Source of the DNA: Balanoglossus misakiensis
Taxonomy: Eukaryota > Animalia > Hemichordata
DNA: 64,000 bases
Direction of reading: 5' to 3'
Assembly (NCBI GenBank): GCA_040954595.2
Contig: CM082582.2
Coordinates: 2,340,303-2,404,302 of the forward strand
In this document: in pieces, positions 50,901 through 64,000 of the stretch
Layout of the letters: every line of letters starts with the position of its first letter
Numbering within the stretch: the first letter of the stretch is position 1
The notes under the pieces: generated by a model
Seen by the model: only the letters and a program-made list of their open reading frames with translations
What the model was told of the DNA's origin: nothing
Database searches by the model: none
Program-made: the position numbers and the translations under genes

Positions 50901-53900
50901 TTGCTACGCCATTTACCCTGATGCAAAGAATCAGATTCAATGTCATCGTTACATTAGCAATGTCAAAGTACAGTGCTTTTGGACACGTATTAACCCAGGG
51001 ATTTATCATCAACTTGAAATCCCCATATGCATTTAATACCCATGTCAAAGTGAAGTGATTGCATCACTATCTACCCTGATGCATCATCAACCTTGCTTCG
51101 CCATTTGCCCAGATGCAAAGAATCAGATTCAATGTCATCGTTGCATTAGCAATGTCAAATTAGAGTGCTTTTGGCCACGTATTAACCTATGGATTTACAT
51201 TTAACATTAAATACCCATGTGAAAGTGCAGAGTTTGCATCACCATCTACTCTGATGCATCATTGAGCTTGCTTCGCCATTTGCCCAAATGCAAAGAATCC
51301 CATTCAATGTCACCATTGCATATGCAATGTCAAAGTACAGTGCTTTCCGCCACGTATTAACCCAGGGATTTACAGACAACTTTAAATCCCCCTGTAGGCA
51401 TTTTATACCCATGTCAAAGTGCAGAGCTTGCATCACTATCTACCCTGATGCATAATCAACCTTGCTTCGCCATTTACCCTGATGCAAAGAATCAGATTCA
51501 ATGTCATCGCTGCATTAGCAATGTCAAAGTACAGTGTTTTTGGACACGTATTAACCCAGGGATTTACAGACAACTTTAAATCTCCCTGTAGGCATTTTAT
51601 ACCCATGTCAAAGTGAAGTGTTTGCATCACTATCTACCCTGATGCGTCATAAAGCTTGCTACGCCATTTACCCTGATGCAAAGAATCAGATTCAATGTCA
51701 TCATTGCATTAGCAATGTCAAAGTACAGTGCTTTTGGACACGTATTAACCCACAGATTTTTCAACAACCTGAAATCCCCATATGCATTTAATACCCATGT
51801 CAAAGTGAAGTGTTTGCATCACTATCTACCCTGATGCGTCATAAAGCTTGCTACGCCATTTACCCTGATGCAAAGAATCAGATTCAATGTCATCGTTGCA
51901 TTAGCAATGTCAAAGTACAGTGCTTTTGGACACGTATTAACCCACAGATTTTCCAACAACCTGAAATCCCCATATGCATTTAATACCCATGTCAAAGTGA
52001 AGTGTTTGCATCACTATCTACCCTGATGCATCATAAAGCTTGCTACGCCATTTACCCTGATGCAAAGAATCAGATTCAATGTCATCGTTGCATTAGCAAT
52101 GTCAAAGTACAGTGCTTTTGGACACGTATTAACCCAGGGATTTATCATCAATTTGAAATCCCCATATGCATTTAATACCCATGTCAAAGTGAAGTGATTG
52201 CATCACTATCTACCCTGATGCATCATCAACCTTGCTTCGCCATTTGCCCTGATGCAAAGAATCAGATTCAATGTCATCGTTGCATTAGCAATGTCAAATT
52301 AGAGTGCTTTTGGCCACGTATTAACCTATGGATTTACATTTAACATTAAATACCCATGTGAAAGTGCAGAGTTTGCATCACCATCTACTCTGATGCATCA
52401 TTGAGCTTGCTTCGCCATTTGCCCTTATGCAAAGAATTCCATTCAATGTCACCATTGCATATGCAATGTCAAAGTACAGTGCTTTCCGCCTTGTATTAAC
52501 CCAGGGATTTACAGACAACTTTAAATCCCCCTGTAGGCATTTTATACCCATGTCAAAGTGCAGAGCTTGCATCACTATCTACCCTGATGCATAATCAACC
52601 TTGCTTCGCCATTTACCCTGATGCAAAGAATCAGATTCAATGTCATCGCTGCATTAGCAATGTCAAAGTACAGTGTTTTTGGACACGTATTAACCCAGGG
52701 ATTTACAGACAACTTTAAATCCCCCTGTAGGCATTTTATACCCATGTCAAAGTGAAGTGTTTGCATCACTATCTACCCTGATGCATAATCAACCTTGCTT
52801 CGCCATTTACCCTGATGCAAAGAATCAGATTCAATGTCATCGCTGCATTAGCAATGTCAAAGTACAGTGTTTTTGGACACGTATTAACCCAGGGATTTAC
52901 AGACAACTTTAAATCTCCCTGTAGGCATTTTATACCCATGCCAAAGTGAAGTGTTTGCATCACTATCTACCCTGATGCGTCATAAAGCTTGCTACGCCAT
53001 TTACCCTGATGCAAAGAATCAGATTCAATGTCATCATTGCATTAGTAATGTCAAAGTACAGTGCTTTTGGACACGTATTAACCCACAGATTTTTCAACAA
53101 CCTGAAATCCCCATATGCATTTAATACCCATGTCAAAGTGAAGTGTTTGCATCACTATCTACCCTGATGCGTCATAAAGCTTGCTACGCCATTTACCCTG
53201 ATGCAAAGAATCAGATTCAATGTCATCGTTGCATTAGCAATGTCAAAGTACAGTGCTTTTGGACACGTATTAACCCACAGATTTTTCAACAACCTGAAAT
53301 CCCCATATGCATTTAATACCCATGTCAAAGTGAAGTGTTTGCATCACTATCTACCCTGATGCATCATAAAGCTTGCTACGCCATTTACCCTGATGCAAAG
53401 AATCAGATTCAATGTCATCGTTCCATTAGCAATGTCAAAGTACAGTGCTTTTGGACACGTATTAACCCAGGGATTTATCATCAATTTGAAATCCCCATAT
53501 GCATTTAATACCCATGTCAAAGTGAAGTGATTGCATCACTATCTACCCTGATGCATCATCAACCTTGCTTCGCCATTTGCCCTGATGCAAAGAATCAGAT
53601 TCAATGTCATCGTTGCATTAGCAATGTCAAATTAGAGTGCTTTTGGCCACGTATTAACCTATGGATTTACATTTAACATTAAATACCCATGTGAAAGTGC
53701 AGAGTTTGCATCACCATCTACTCTGATGCATCATTGAGCTTGCTTCGCCATTTGCCCTAATGCAAAGAATCCCATTCAATGTCACCATTGCATATGCAAT
53801 GTCAAAGTACAGTGCTTTCCGCCACGTATTAACCCAGGGATTTACAGACAACTTTAAATCCCCCTGTAGGCATTTTATACCCATGTCAAAGTGCAGAGCT

Positions 53901-56900
53901 TGCATCACTATCTACCCTGATGCATCATCAACCTTGCTTCGCCATTTACCCTGATGCAAAGAATCAGATTCAATGTCATCGTTGCATTAGCAATGTCAAA
54001 GTACAGTGCTTTTGGACACGTATTAACCCAGGGATTTACAGACAACTTTAAATCCCCCTGTAGGCATTTTATACCCATGTCAAAGTGAAGTGTTTGCATC
54101 ACTATCTACCCTGATGCATCATAAAGCTTGCTACGCCATTTACCCTGATGCAAAGAATCAGATTCAATGTCATCATTGCATTAGCAATGTCAAAGTACAG
54201 TGCTTTTCGACACGTATTAACCCACAGATTTTTCAACAACCTGAAATCCCCATATGCATTTAATACCCATGTCAAAGTGAAGTGTTTGCATCACTATCTA
54301 CCCTGATGCATCATAAAGCTTGCTACGCCATTTACCCTGATGCAAAGAATCAGATTCAATGTCATCGTTACATTAGCAATGTCAAAGTACAGTGCTTTTG
54401 GACACGTATTAACCCAGGGATTTATCATCAACTTGAAATCCCCATATGCATTTAATACCCATGTCAAAGTGAAGTGATTGCATCACTATCTATCCTGATG
54501 CATCATCAACCTTGCTTCGCCATTTGCCCTGATGCAAAGAATCAGATTCAATGTCATCGTTGCATTAGCAATGTCAAATTAGAGTGCTTTTGGCCACGTA
54601 TTAACCTATGGATTTACATTTAACATTAAATACCCATGTGAAAGTGCAGAGTTTGCATCACCATCTACTCTGATGCATCATTGAGCTTGCTTCGCCATTT
54701 GCCCTAATGCAAAGAATCCCATTCAATGTCACCATTGCATATGCAATGTCAAAGTACAGTGCTTTCCGCCACGTATTAACCCAGGGATTTACAGACAACT
54801 TTAAATCCCCCAGTAGGCATTTTATACCCATGTCAAAGTGCAGAGCTTGCATCACTATCTACCCTGATGCATCATCAACCTTGCTTCGCCATTTACCCTG
54901 ATGCAAAGAATCAGATTCAATGTCATCGTTGCATTAGCAATGTCAAAGTACAGTGCTTTTGGACACGTATTAACCCAGGGATTTACAGACAACTTTAAAT
55001 CCCCCTGTAGGCATTTTACACCCATGTCAAAGTGAAGTGTTTGCATCACTATCTACCCTGATGCATCATAAAGCTTGCTACGCCATTTACCCTGATGCAA
55101 AGAATCAGATTCAATGTCATCATTGCATTAGCAATGTCAAAGTACAGTGCTTTTCGACACGTATTAACCCACAGATTTTTCAACAACCTGAAATCCCCAT
55201 ATGCATTTAATACCCATGTCAAAGTGAAGTGTTTGCATCACTATCTACCCTGATGCATCATAAAGCTTGCTACGCCATTTACCCTGATGCAAAGAATCAG
55301 ATTCAATGTCATCGTTACATTAGCAATGTCAAAGTACAGTGCTTTTGGACACGTATTAACCCAGGGATTTATCATCAACTTGAAATCCCCATATGCATTT
55401 AATACCAATGTCAAAGTGAAGTGATTGCATCACTATCTACCCTGATGCAATATCAACCTTGCTTCACCATTTGCCCAGATGCAAAGAATCAGATTCAATG
55501 TCATCGTTGCATTAGCAATGTCAAATTAGAGTGCTTTTGGCCACGTATTAACCTATGGATTTACATTTAACATTAAATACCCATGTGAAAGTGCAGAGTT
55601 TGCATCACCATCTACTCTGATGCATCATTGAGCTTGCTTCGCCATTTGCCCTAATGCAAAGAATCCCATTCAATGTCATCATTGCATATGCAATGTCAAA
55701 GTACAGTGCTTTCAGCCACGTATTAACCCAGGGATTTACAGACAACTTTAAATCCCCCTGTAGGCATTTTATACCCATGTCAAAGTGCAGAGCTTGCATC
55801 ACTATCTACCCTGATGCATCATCAACCTTGCTTTGCCATTTACCCTGATGCAAAGAATCAGATTCAATGTCATCGTTGCATTAGCAATGTCAAAGTACAG
55901 TGCTTTTGGACACGTATTAACCCAGGGATTTACAGACAACTTTAAATCCCCCAGTAGGCATTTTATACCCATGTCAAAGTGCAGAGCTTGCATCACTATC
56001 TACCCTGATGCATCATCAACCTTGCTTCGCCATTTACCCTGATGCAAAGAATCAGATTCAATGTCATCATTGCATTAGCAATGTCAAAGTACAGTGCTTT
56101 TCGACACGTAATAACCCACAGATTTTTCAACAACCTGAAATCCCCATATGCATTTAATACCCATGTCAAAGTGAAGTGTTTGCATCACTATCTACCCTGA
56201 TGCATCATAAAGCTTGCTACGCCATTTACCCTGATGCAAAGAATCAGATTCAATGTCATCGTTACATTAGCAATGTCAAAGTACAGTGCTTTTGGACACG
56301 TATTAATCCAGGGATTTATCATCAACTTGAAATCCCCATATGCATTTAATACCCATGTCAAAGTGAAGTGATTGCATCACTATCTACCCTGATGCAATAT
56401 CAACCTTGCTTCGCCATTTGCCCAGATGCAAAGAATCAGATTCAATGTCATCGTTGCATTAGCAATGTCAAATTAGAGTGCTTTTGGCCACGTATTAACC
56501 TATGGATTTACATTTAACATTAAATACCCATGTGAAAGTGCAGAGTTTGCATCACCATCTACTCTGATGCATCATTGAGCTTGCTTCGCCATTTGCCCTA
56601 ATGCAAAGAATCCCATTCAATGTCACCATTGCATATGCAATGTCAAAGTACAGTGCTTTCAGCCACGTATTAACCCAGGGATTTACAGACAACTTTAAAT
56701 CCCCCTGTAGGCATTTTATACCCATGTCAAAGTGCAGAGCTTGCATCACTATCTACCCTGATGCATCATCAACCTTGCTTTGCCATTTACCCTGATGCAA
56801 AGAATCAGATTCAATGTCATCATTGCATTAGCAATGTCAAAGTACAGTGCTTTTCGACACGTAATAACCCACAGATTTTTCAACAACCTGAAATCCCCAT

Positions 56901-59900
56901 ATGCATTTAATACCCATGTCAAAGTGAAGTGTTTGCATCACTATCTACCCTGATGCATCATAAAGCTTGCTACGCCATTTACCCTGATGCAAAGAATCAG
57001 ATTCAATGTCATCGTTACATTAGCAATGTCAAAGTACAGTGCTTTTGGACACGTATTAACCCAGGGATTTATCATCAACTTGAAATCCCCATATGCATTT
57101 AATACCCATGTCAAAGTGAAGTGATTGCATCACTATCTACCCTGATGCAATATCAACCTTGCTTCACCATTTGCCCAGATGCAAAGAATCAGATTCAATG
57201 TCATCGTTGCATTAGCAATGTCAAATTAGAGTGCTTTTGGCCACGTATTAACCTATGGATTTACATTTAACATTAAATACCCATGTGAAAGTGCAGAGTT
57301 TGCATCACCATCTACTCTGATGCATCATTGAGCTTGCTTCGCCATTTGCCCTAATGCAAAGAATCCCATTCAATGTCACCATTGCATATGCAATGTCAAA
57401 GTACAGTGCTTTCAGCCACGTATTAACCCAGGGATTTACAGACAACTTTAAATCCCCCTGTAGGCATTTTATACCCATGTCAAAGTGCAGAGCTTGCATC
57501 ACTATCTACCCTGATGCATCATCAACCTTGCTTTGCCATTTACCCTGATGCAAAGAATCAGATTCAATGTCATCGCTGCATTAGCAATGTCAAAGTACAG
57601 TGTTTTTGGACACGTATTAACCCAGGGATTTACAGACAACTTTAAATCCCCCTGTAGGCATTTTATACCCATGTCAAAGTGAAGTGTTTGCATCACTATC
57701 TACCCTGATGCGTCATAAAGCTTGCTACGCCATTTACCCTGATGCAAAGAATCAGATTCAATGTCATCATTGCATTAGCAATGTCAAAGTACAGTGCTTT
57801 TGGACACGTATTAACCCACAGATTTTTCAACAACCTGAAATCCCCATATGCATTTAATACCCATGTCAAAGTGAAGTGTTTGCATCACTATCTACCCTGA
57901 TGCGTCATAAAGCTTGCTACGCCATTTACCCTGATGCAAAGAATCAGATTCAATGTCATCGTTACATTAGCAATGTCAAAGTACAGTGCTTTTGGACACG
58001 TATTAACCCAGGGATTTATCATCAACTTGAAATCCCCATATTCATTTAATACCCATGTCAAAGTGAAGTGATTGCATCACTATCTATCCTGATGCATCAT
58101 CAACCTTGCTTCGCCATTTACCCTGATGCAAAGAATCAGATTCAATGTCATCGTTATATTAGCAATGTCAAAGTACAGTGCTTTTGGACACGTATTAACC
58201 CAGGGATTTATCATCAACTTGAAATCCCCATATGCATTTAATACCCATGTCAAAGTGAAGTGATTGCATCACTATCTATCCTGATGCATCATCAACCTTG
58301 CTTCGCTATTTGCCCTGATGCAAAGAATCAGATTCAATGTCATCGTTGCATTAGCAATGTCAAATTAGAGTGCTTTTGGCCACGTATTAACCTATGGATT
58401 TACATTTAACATTAAATACCCATGTGAAAGTGCAGAGTTTGCATCACCATCTACTCTGATGCATCATTGAGCTTGCTTCGCCATTTGCCCTAATGCAAAG
58501 AATCCCATTCAATGTCACCATTGCAAATGCAATGTCAAAGTACAGTGCTTTCCGCCACGTATTAACCCAGGGATTTACAGACAACTTTAAATCCCCCAGT
58601 AGGCATTTTATACCCATGTCAAAGTGCAGAGCTTGCATCACTATCTACCCTGATGCATCATCAACCTTGCTTCGCCATTTACCCTGATGCAAAGAATCAG
58701 ATTCAATGTCATCGTTACATTAGCAATGTCAAAGTACAGTGCTTTTGGACACGTATTAACCCAGGGATTTATCATCAACTTGAAATCCCCCTGTAGGCAT
58801 TTTATACCCATGTCAAAGTGAAGTGATTGCATCACTATCTATCCTGATGCATCATCAACCTTGCTTCGCCATTTGCCCTGATGCAAAGAATCAGATTCAA
58901 TGTCATCGTTGCATTAGCAATGTCAAATTAGAGTGCTTTTGGCCACGTATTAACCTATGGATTTAGAGTTAACATTAAATACCCATGTGAAAGTGCAGAG
59001 TTTGCATCACCATCTACTCTGATGCATCATTGAGCTTGCTTCGCCATTTGCCCTAATGCAAAGAATCCCATTCAATGTCACCATTGCATATGCAATGTCA
59101 AAGTACAGTGCTTTCCGCCACGTATTAACCCAGGGATTTACAGACAACTTTAAATCCCCCAGTAGGCATTTTATACCCATGTCAAAGTGCAGAGCTTGCA
59201 TCACTATCTACCCTGATGCATCATCAACCTTGCTTCGCCATTTACCCTGATGCAAAGAATCAGATTCAATGTCATCGTTGCATTAGCAATGTCAAAGTAC
59301 AGTGCTTTTGGACACGTATTAACCCACAGATTTTTCAACAACATGAAATCCCCATATGCATTTAATACCCATGTCAAAGTGAAGTGTTTGCATCACTATC
59401 TACCCTGATGCATCATAAAGCTTGCTACGCCATATACCCTGATGCAAAGAATCAGATTCAATGTCATCGTTGCATTAGCAATGTCAAAGTACAGTGCTTT
59501 TGGACACGTATTAACCCAGGGATTTATCATCAACTTGAAATCCCCATATGCATTTAATACCAATGTCAAAGTGAAGTGATTGCATCACTATCTACCCTGA
59601 TGCATCATCAACCTTGCTTCGCCATTTGCCCTGATGCAGAGAATCAGATTCAATGTCATCGTTTCATTAGCAATGTCAAATTAGAGTGCTTTTGGCCACG
59701 TATTAACCTATGGATTTACATTTAACATTAAATACCCATGTGAAAGTGCAGAGTTTGCATCACCATCTACTCTGATGCATCATTGAGCTTGCTTCGCCAT
59801 TTGCCCTAATGCAAAGAATCCCATTCAATGTCACCATTGCATATGCAATGTCAAAGTACAGTGCTTTTGGACACGTATTAACCCAGGGATTTACAGACAA

Positions 59901-62900
59901 CTTTAAATCCCCCTGTAGGCATTTTATACCCATGTCAAAGTGAAGTGTTTGCATCACTATCTACCCTGATGCATCATAAAGCTTGCTACGCCATTTACCC
60001 TGATGCAAAGAATCAGATTCAATGTCATCATTGCATTAGCAATGTCAAAGTACAGTGCTTTTCGACACGTATTAACCCACAGATTTTTCAACAACCTGAA
60101 ATCCCCATATGCATTTAATACCCATGTCAAAGTGAAGTGTTTGCATTACTATCTACCCTGATGCATCATAAAGCTTGCTACGCCATTTACCCTGATGCAA
60201 ACAATCAGATTCAATGTCATCGTTGCATTAGCAATGTCAAAGTACAGTGCTTTTGGACACGTATTAACCCACAGATTTTTCAACAACCTGAAATCCCCAT
60301 ATGCATTTAATACCCATGTCAAAGTGAAGTGTTTGCATTACTATCTACCCTGATGCATCATAAAGCTTGCTACGCCATTTACCCTGATGCAAAGAATCAT
60401 ATTCAATGTCATCGTTGCATTAGCAATGTCAAAGTACAGTGATTTTGGACACGTATTAACCCACAGATTTTTCAACAACCTGAAATCCCCATATGCATTT
60501 AATACCCATGTCAAAGTGAAGTGTTTGCATTACTATCTACCCTGATGCATCATAAAGCTTGCTACGCCATTTGCCCTAATGCAAAGAATCCCATTCAATG
60601 TCACCATTGCAAATGCAATGTCAAAGTACAGTGCTTTCCGCCACGTATTAACCCAGGGATTTACAGACAACTTTAAATCCCCCAGTAGGCATTTTATACC
60701 CATGTCAAAGTGCAGAGCTTGCATCACTATCTACCCTGATGCATCATCAACCTTGCTTCGCCATTTACCCTGATGCAAAGAATCAGATTCAATGTCATCG
60801 TTACATTAGCAATGTCAAAGTACAGTGCTTTTGGACACGTATTAACCCAGGGATTTATCATCAACTTGAAATCCCCATATTCATTTAATACCCATGTCAA
60901 AGTGAAGTGATTGCATCACTATCTATCCTGATGCATCATCAACCTTGCTTCGCCATTTGCCCTGATGCAAAGAATCAGATTCAATGTCATCGTTGCATTA
61001 GCAATGTCAAATTAGAGTGCTTTTGGCCACGTATTAACCTATGGATTTAGAGTTAACATTAAATACCCATGTGAAAGTGCAGAGTTTGCATCACCATCTA
61101 CTCTGATGCATCATTGAGCTTGCTTCGCCATTTGCCCTAATGCAAAGAATCCCATTCAATGTCACCATTGCATATGCAATGTCAAAGTACAGTGCTTTCC
61201 GCCACGTATTAACCCAGGGATTTACAGACAACTTTAAATCCCCCAGTAGGCATTTTATACCCATGTCAAAGTGCAGAGCTTGCATCACTATCTACCCTGA
61301 TGCATCATCAACCTTGCTTCGCCATTTACCCTGATGCAAAGAATCAGATTCAATGTCATCGTTGCATTAGCAATGTCAAAGTACAGTGCTTTTGGACACG
61401 TATTAACCCACAGATTTTTCAACAACATGAAATCCCCATATGCATTTAATACCCATGTCAAAGTGAAGTGTTTGCATCACTATCTACCCTGATGCATCAT
61501 AAAGCTTGCTACGCCATATACCCTGATGCAAAGAATCAGATTCAATGTCATCGTTGCATTAGCAATGTCAAAGTACAGTGCTTTTGGACACGTATTAACC
61601 CAGGGATTTATCATCAACTTGAAATCCCCATATGCATTTAATACCAATGTCAAAGTGAAGTGATTGCATCACTATCTACCCTGATGCATCATCAACCTTG
61701 CTTCGCCATTTGCCCTGATGCAGAGAATCAGATTCAATGTCATCGTTTCATTAGCAATGTCAAATTAGAGTGCTTTTGGCCACGTATTAACCTATGGATT
61801 TACATTTAACATTAAATACCCATGTGAAAGTGCAGAGTTTGCATCACCATCTACTCTGATGCATCATTGAGCTTGCTTCGCCATTTGCCCTAATGCAAAG
61901 AATCCCATTCAATGTCACCATTGCATATGCAATGTCAAAGTACAGTGCTTTCCGCCACGTATTAACCCAGGGATTTACAGACAACTTTAAATCCCCCTGT
62001 AGGCATTTTATACCCATGTTAAAGTGCAGAGCTTGCATCACTATCTACCCTGATGCATCATCAACCTTGCTTCGCCATTTACCCTGATGCAAAGAATCAG
62101 ATTCAATGTCATCGCTGCATTAGCAATGTCAAAGTACAGTGTTTTTGGACACGTATTAACCCAGGGATTTACAGACAACTTTAAATCCCCCTGTAGGCAT
62201 TTTATACCCATGTCAAAGTGAAGTGTTTGCATCACTATCTACCCTGATGCATCATAAAGCTTGCTACGCCATTTACCCTGATGCAAAGAATCAGATTCAA
62301 TGTCATCATTGCATTAGCAATGTCAAAGTACAGTGCTTTTCGACACGTATTAACCCACAGATTTTTCAACAACCTGAAATCCCCATATGCATTTAATACC
62401 CATGTCAAAGTGAAGTGTTTGCATTACTATCTACCCTGATGCATCATAAAGCTTGCTACGCCATTTACCCTGATGCAAACAATCAGATTCAATGTCATCG
62501 TTGCATTAGCAATGTCAAAGTACAGTGCTTTTGGACACGTATTAACCCACAGATTTTTCAACAACCTGAAATCCCCATATGCATTTAATACCCATGTCAA
62601 AGTGAAGTGTTTGCATTACTATCTACCCTGATGCATCATAAAGCTTGCTACGCCATTTACCCTGATGCAAAGAATCATATTCAATGTCATCGTTGCATTA
62701 GCAATGTCAAAGTACAGTGATTTTGGACACGTATTAACCCACAGATTTTTCAACAACCTGAAATCCCCATATGCATTTAATACCCATGTCAAAGTGAAGT
62801 GTTTGCATTACTATCTACCCTGATGCATCATAAAGCTTGCTACGCCATTTGCCCTGATGCAAAGAATCAGATTCAATGTCATCGTTCCATTAACAATGTC

Positions 62901-63166
62901 AAAATAGAGTGCTTTTGGCCACGTATTAACCTATGGATTTACATTTAACATTAAATACCCATGTGAAAGTGCAGAGCTTGCATCACCATCTACTCTGATG
63001 CATCATTGAGCTTGCTTCGCCATTTGCCCCAATGCAAAGAATCCCATTCAATGTCATCGTTGCATTAGCAATGTCAAAGTACAGTGCTTTCCGCCACGTA
63101 TTAACCCAGGGATTTACTGACAACTTTAAATCCCCCTATACACATTTTATACCCATGTCAAAGTGC
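44910..63166. repeat. Satellite DNA array, ~95 monomers of 175-194 bp in variable higher-order repeats
   Basis: Marker monomer (TCACCATCTACTCTG) at 44966, 46487, 47626, 48573, 49712, 51239, 52378, 53711, 54658, 55605, 56552, 57305, 58444, 59007, 59760, 61091, 61844 and 62983. Confidence 0.97.
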
Positions 63167-63758
63167 CAGGGTTCGAACCCATGATCCTCTAACCACTGGA
63201 CTATGACTATGTGACAGAATGACCTTTCTGTATGGTGCCTTGTTTAGCTCCTAGTCAGATTTCAAGAAAATGTGGAAAAGTGCAAATTAGTCTCTTTGAA
63301 TTTCCAACAACTCAGTTTGTCAGCTCCCATATCCCAGTTCTCTGACCAGTTCCCGTTCTTCTTAGATGTCACAATACTGATCACAAGACATGCAGTTGTA
63401 CACTTTGCGGAAAACATTATGAATATATGCAGATAAGAAAAGACTTACTTGTGGGCAATTTAAACACAACATTTTGAGTAAAGTGGGTAAAATAGGATTA
63501 AAGTTGGTTTATAAAGGCATATCGAAAAGAATCTACTTCAATTTGTTCATTTCTGAAATTTGAGAATATGAATATGCATGTTTTATTTGCCATATATGAA
63601 CACCAATGAAAAGTTATGTTTCCAGCTTAGGTATTGGTGGATTTGAACCACCTGACATCAGAAGACGCCTCCAGAATACCTCTAATTTGGTTGCATAATT
63701 TTCATGTGAATGTTCATAATATAGCGATTGATTAATCCCTAATTTTTTATTTTTATTT

Positions 63759-63796
63759 TGGGGGGGGGGGGGGGGGGGGGGGGGCTGGAGGGGGGT
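63759..63796 (+). repeat. Poly-G tract
   Basis: About 25 consecutive G followed by further G-rich sequence. Confidence 0.85.
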
Positions 63797-64000
63797 GGAG
63801 GTTCAAGTAGTAAATCTTGCAGGCCAATTTGAAACAATGTGTCATGTAGTTAACCTGAAAGAAATTAACACAAATAGTTTCTACTCTTTTTGAAACAAGG
63901 TGTCATGTGGTTGAACTGTGACAATGGGCCAGTCAAAATAGCATCTGCAAATTATGCACACAATAGAGTGATGGGTTAATGGGTTAAGTTTACTTTTACC

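Noticed and set aside
44910-63166. Dozens of 64-65-aa ORFs with overlapping stop/start codons, resembling a tandem peptide-gene array or CRISPR
   Set aside because: They are by-products of the 194-bp monomer, are open only in some monomer types and occur on both strands. There are no unique spacers and no cas genes.

Overview
This is eukaryotic, AT-rich, repeat-dense DNA with spliceosomal introns, probably from a marine invertebrate (inference). It is mostly nested transposable elements between two satellite arrays. From left to right: a ~237-bp tandem array with a Helentron-like end; CR1/L2 LINE debris and small MITEs; a degenerate spliced C-type-lectin membrane-protein gene; a ~525-bp tandem array; and a scrambled chromodomain-bearing Gypsy element interrupted by a 1.9-kb TIR element with a 5-bp TSD. 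Next is an apparently intact 5.1-kb ISL2EU-type DNA transposon (THAP-DDE transposase plus a convergent SAP/SWIM/YqaJ-exonuclease gene) inserted into an older transposase-like pseudogene. Its ~300-bp TIRs each carry a splice donor and a CTCF-like motif. After that come a deleted Zator-like element, a decayed Crypton-type tyrosine recombinase, and a large Zator-like element with a multi-exon DDE transposase and a divergent SAM-domain gene. An ~18-kb ~192-bp higher-order satellite starts just inside an intron of that transposase. All family assignments are motif recognition from memory; no searches were run.
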